From the NCBI GenBank assembly GCA_965202585.1, contig OZ241830.1, positions 8,432,001 through 8,496,000 on the forward strand: 64,000 nucleotides of DNA, written 5' to 3'. A program made the translations under genes and the position numbers. Origin of the DNA: Thalia democratica. Taxonomy: Eukaryota. The notes beneath the pieces are model-generated. The model was not told the DNA's origin. It searched no databases and worked only from the letters and a program-made list of their open reading frames with translations. Each line of letters begins with the position of its first letter. Within the stretch, counting starts at the first letter, position 1. Below are positions 60,977-64,000 of this stretch, piece by piece.

Positions 60977-62436
60977 CTGTATACAAGTTAATACAAAATG
61001 AACTAAAGCTGATGTGTAAAAACAACATAAGTATGACTATTGTTCATTTCAATTAAGTTTGAATTTATAAATTAATTTCTAGCTTTGTTACAAATTCTTT
61101 AATAAAACAAAAATTATTTTTAAATTAAATGATGAAAAGATAGATAAAAAGATAGAAAAAGTAGATGAAAAATTCTAACTATATACTTAAAAAAAAGTCA
61201 AAACATACATTCAAAAAAGAGTATAAACAAAAAGTAACTTTTTTGCTCCAAAACTACTTTAAAAATTTTCTTAGAATAATAGAAATGAAATACTTTTTTG
61301 TTTTGGCTACTAACTTAGTCGAAAAATAAGTTCCAATTAAAATATTAAATAATAAAATGTAATATTTATAACTTAAGTTTTCTTAAAAACTTAATCTTTT
61401 TATGTAAATAAGCAACTCTACTCATATGGTAATTTCTTTTCAAAATATAATTATTATGTAGTCGTTTAACTTTTTTTTTGATTAACTTAAAAGGTTTTTA
61501 CTTTGTATCTAAAATATTGTTACATAAAATTTTATAAGTCTTTATATTAGTTTAGGATTAATAAGGTTTTTATAACAACTATAACAAATTATAAACGTTT
61601 ATATTTAACGATGAATTGGAAAACAAACTTAATCTTTTTCTATTGTAGACTTGTTTGTTAAGTATTAATAAAAAACTACCCTAGCTTTTGTAAAAACTTT
61701 ATTAAAGTCATTAAATCTTTGTACTATAGTTGTTCGATTTTTTTAATCCAGTAAATACTCATAAATTGTTATGTTAATACTTGTTCTTAAGTCAGTAAGT
61801 TTTACACAACAAATAAAATTATCATGTAAAAGATTAAATGAAACTTAAGTATTATTAATTAATGATACATGAAACACGGATTAGTTTTTTTTAGCATAAA
61901 TTAATTTTGAGTTTTAAAAAGATTTCACTTAAATGAGTTTGTAAGTATTTTAAATTCAAGTAAACAAATTTTAAAATTTAAAAACACTTTGTTAAATAAT
62001 AAATTAAATACAATTCTCTGGCTTTTTTTTTGTGTTTTATAATTTATAACAAGCTAGTTTTAGTATATTAGTATAGTACTACTAGATGCAACTCAAATGT
62101 AGTAGTAAAAGTGTTTCATTAAAAAATTCTCTACTAAGAATATAATGTTTTTTGATAATGATGTTATACAAACTTTGAGAAGTTGTTTTTATATTTTCAA
62201 AATACGCTTTCTTTCCCAAAATACGGCTAATGAATACTTAATATGCAAAGAAAAAGTCTTTTTTATACTTGATGTAACTTACTTTATAATACGTCATAAA
62301 TAGCATATTTAGTTGAAACTTAAAACATTTTAAAATAATAATCATGAATATTTGTTAAAATGATTTGAAAAATTTTCATATTAGGATACGTTGCAGCATT
62401 TAGTGTAGTATTCGCCAAGTATTCGATGTAATTTTG

Positions 62437-63670
62437 TTTCGGAGAATTCTCATATAAAGAGTCAAATTTGGTCTAAAAAAATGGTATGGACGTCTTCCCT
62501 AAGGTCTGTAGTTTTGCAATTCAGTCTTTGATTTTTTATTTTTGACGTATTTTATTCAAAAATGACGTCACAAAAAAAAAGTCATTTTTCGTCATAAAAA
62601 ATAGTTTCGGAGAATTCTCATATAAAGAGTCAAAGTTGGTCTTAAAAAATGGTATGGGCGTCTTTCTTAAGGTCTTCAATTTTGCAATTCAGTCTTTGAT
62701 TTTTAGTTTTTGACGTATTTTTTTCAAAAATGACGTCACAAAAAAAAAGTCATTTTTCGTCATAAAAAAAAAGTTTCGGAGAATTTTCGTATAAAGAGTC
62801 AAAGTTGGTCTTTAAAAATGGTATGGGCGTCTTCCCTAAGGTCTGTAGTTTTGCAATTCAGTCTTTGATTTTTAATTTTTGACGTATTTTTTTCAAAAAT
62901 GACGTCACAAAAAAAGTCATTTTTCGTCATAAAATAATAGTTTCGGAGAATTCTCGTATAAAGAGTCAAAGTTGGTCTTTAAAAGAGGTATTGGCGTCTT
63001 CCTTGGGGTCTGTAGTTTTGCAATTCAGTCTTTGATTTTTTATTTTTGACGTATTTTTTTTCAAAAATGACGTCACAAAAAAAAGTCATTTTTCGTCATA
63101 AAAAAATAGTTTCGGAGAATTCTCATATAAAGAGTCAAAGTTGGTCTAAAAAAATGGTATGGGCGTCTTTCCTAAGGTCTGTAGTTTTGCAATTCAGTCT
63201 TTGATTTTTACATTTTGACGTATTTTTTTTAAATGACGTCACAAAAAAAAGTCATTTTTCGTCATAAAAAAATAGTTTCGGAGAATTCTCGTATAAAGAG
63301 TCAAAGTTGGTCTTTAAAAGAGGTATTGGTGTCTTCCTTAAGGTCTGTAGTTTTGCAATTCAGTCTTTGATTTTTTTTTTGACGTATTTTATTCACAAAT
63401 GACGTCACAAAAAAAAAGTCATTTTTCGTCATAAAAAATAGTTTCGGAGAATTTTCGTATAAAGAGTCAAAGTTGGTCTTAAAAAATGGTATGGGCGTCT
63501 TTCTTAAGGTCTGCAATTTTGCAATTCAGTCTTTAATTTTTAATTTTTGACGTATTTTTTTCAAAAATGACGTCACAAAAAAAAGTCATTTTTCGTCATA
63601 AAAAAATAGTTTTAGAGAATTCTCGTATAAAGAGTCAAAGCGGGTCTTTAAAAGTGGTATTGGCGTCTTC
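62437..63670. repeat. Tandem array of ~168-bp units (7 full + partial)
   Basis: The unit start ttt(c/t)(g/a)gagaatt recurs at 62437, 62605, 62774, 62941, 63110, 63276, 63442 and 63610. Each full unit carries TGACGTCA; length variation is in homopolymer runs. Confidence 0.95.
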
Positions 63671-64000
63671 GTCTAAGCAAGTTGAAATAAATAAATGTTT
63701 CTGAAACCTATAAAGTTATCAATTTACTACACAATATTGTTGTTCATATAGTATGTATATTCTTTTTGTTGTTAAGTACTTTTTTTCGTAGATAAAAAAA
63801 AATTAAAATACATGTTACAAATAGTTTACTACCATCCGGCTTTATAATAAATTAAAAAACTAAGCTTTTAAAAGCATTTTATTAACTATAAGTTAGTTGG
63901 AAATTGGTTTGTTTTACTTAATTATTAAAATCAATCAAAGTTTAGCATTTAAGAATCAATGAATTTTAAAATAAACAAAATTTAAAGTAGCTATAGTTTA

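Noticed and set aside
62437-63670. CRISPR-like array
   Set aside because: Whole units repeat with no unique spacers, there are no cas genes, and the context is eukaryotic.

Overview
AT-rich, intron-containing metazoan (invertebrate-like) genomic DNA; the species cannot be called from the sequence. The automatic ORF track misses most real genes, so I rebuilt them by hand from GT-AG sites and reading-frame phase. Host genes: (1) a 17-exon Sec23 (4591-12841, -) with a ~170-aa Gln-rich tandem-repeat N-terminus; (2) two inverted copies of a RING-H2 + Deltex-C-terminal (DTC) E3-ligase exon (112-1036 +, 43639-44554 -), the second spliceable to two upstream exons that encode a chromodomain; (3) a FAM78-family gene (-) that splices in frame to an upstream pseudokinase exon (56720-60976); (4) a BACK-kelch pseudogene. 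The centre holds two inverted retroelement structures. The first is a ~6-kb palindrome of two deleted Ty3/Gypsy (Mag-like) elements with 95-bp LTRs. The second, and the most novel object, is a pol-less LTR retroelement family whose single ORF appears to fuse a Gag-like region to a Y-box (YB-1-type) cold-shock domain. It is present as a 9.3-kb composite (31030-40343) bounded by TG..CA LTRs and one ACTG target-site duplication, with a complete inverted variant inside. One junction preserves an 18-nt copy of a tRNA-Asn-like 3' end followed by a fold-back. Also present: MITEs, long hairpins and a 168-bp tandem array. Family assignments come from motif recognition, not database searches.
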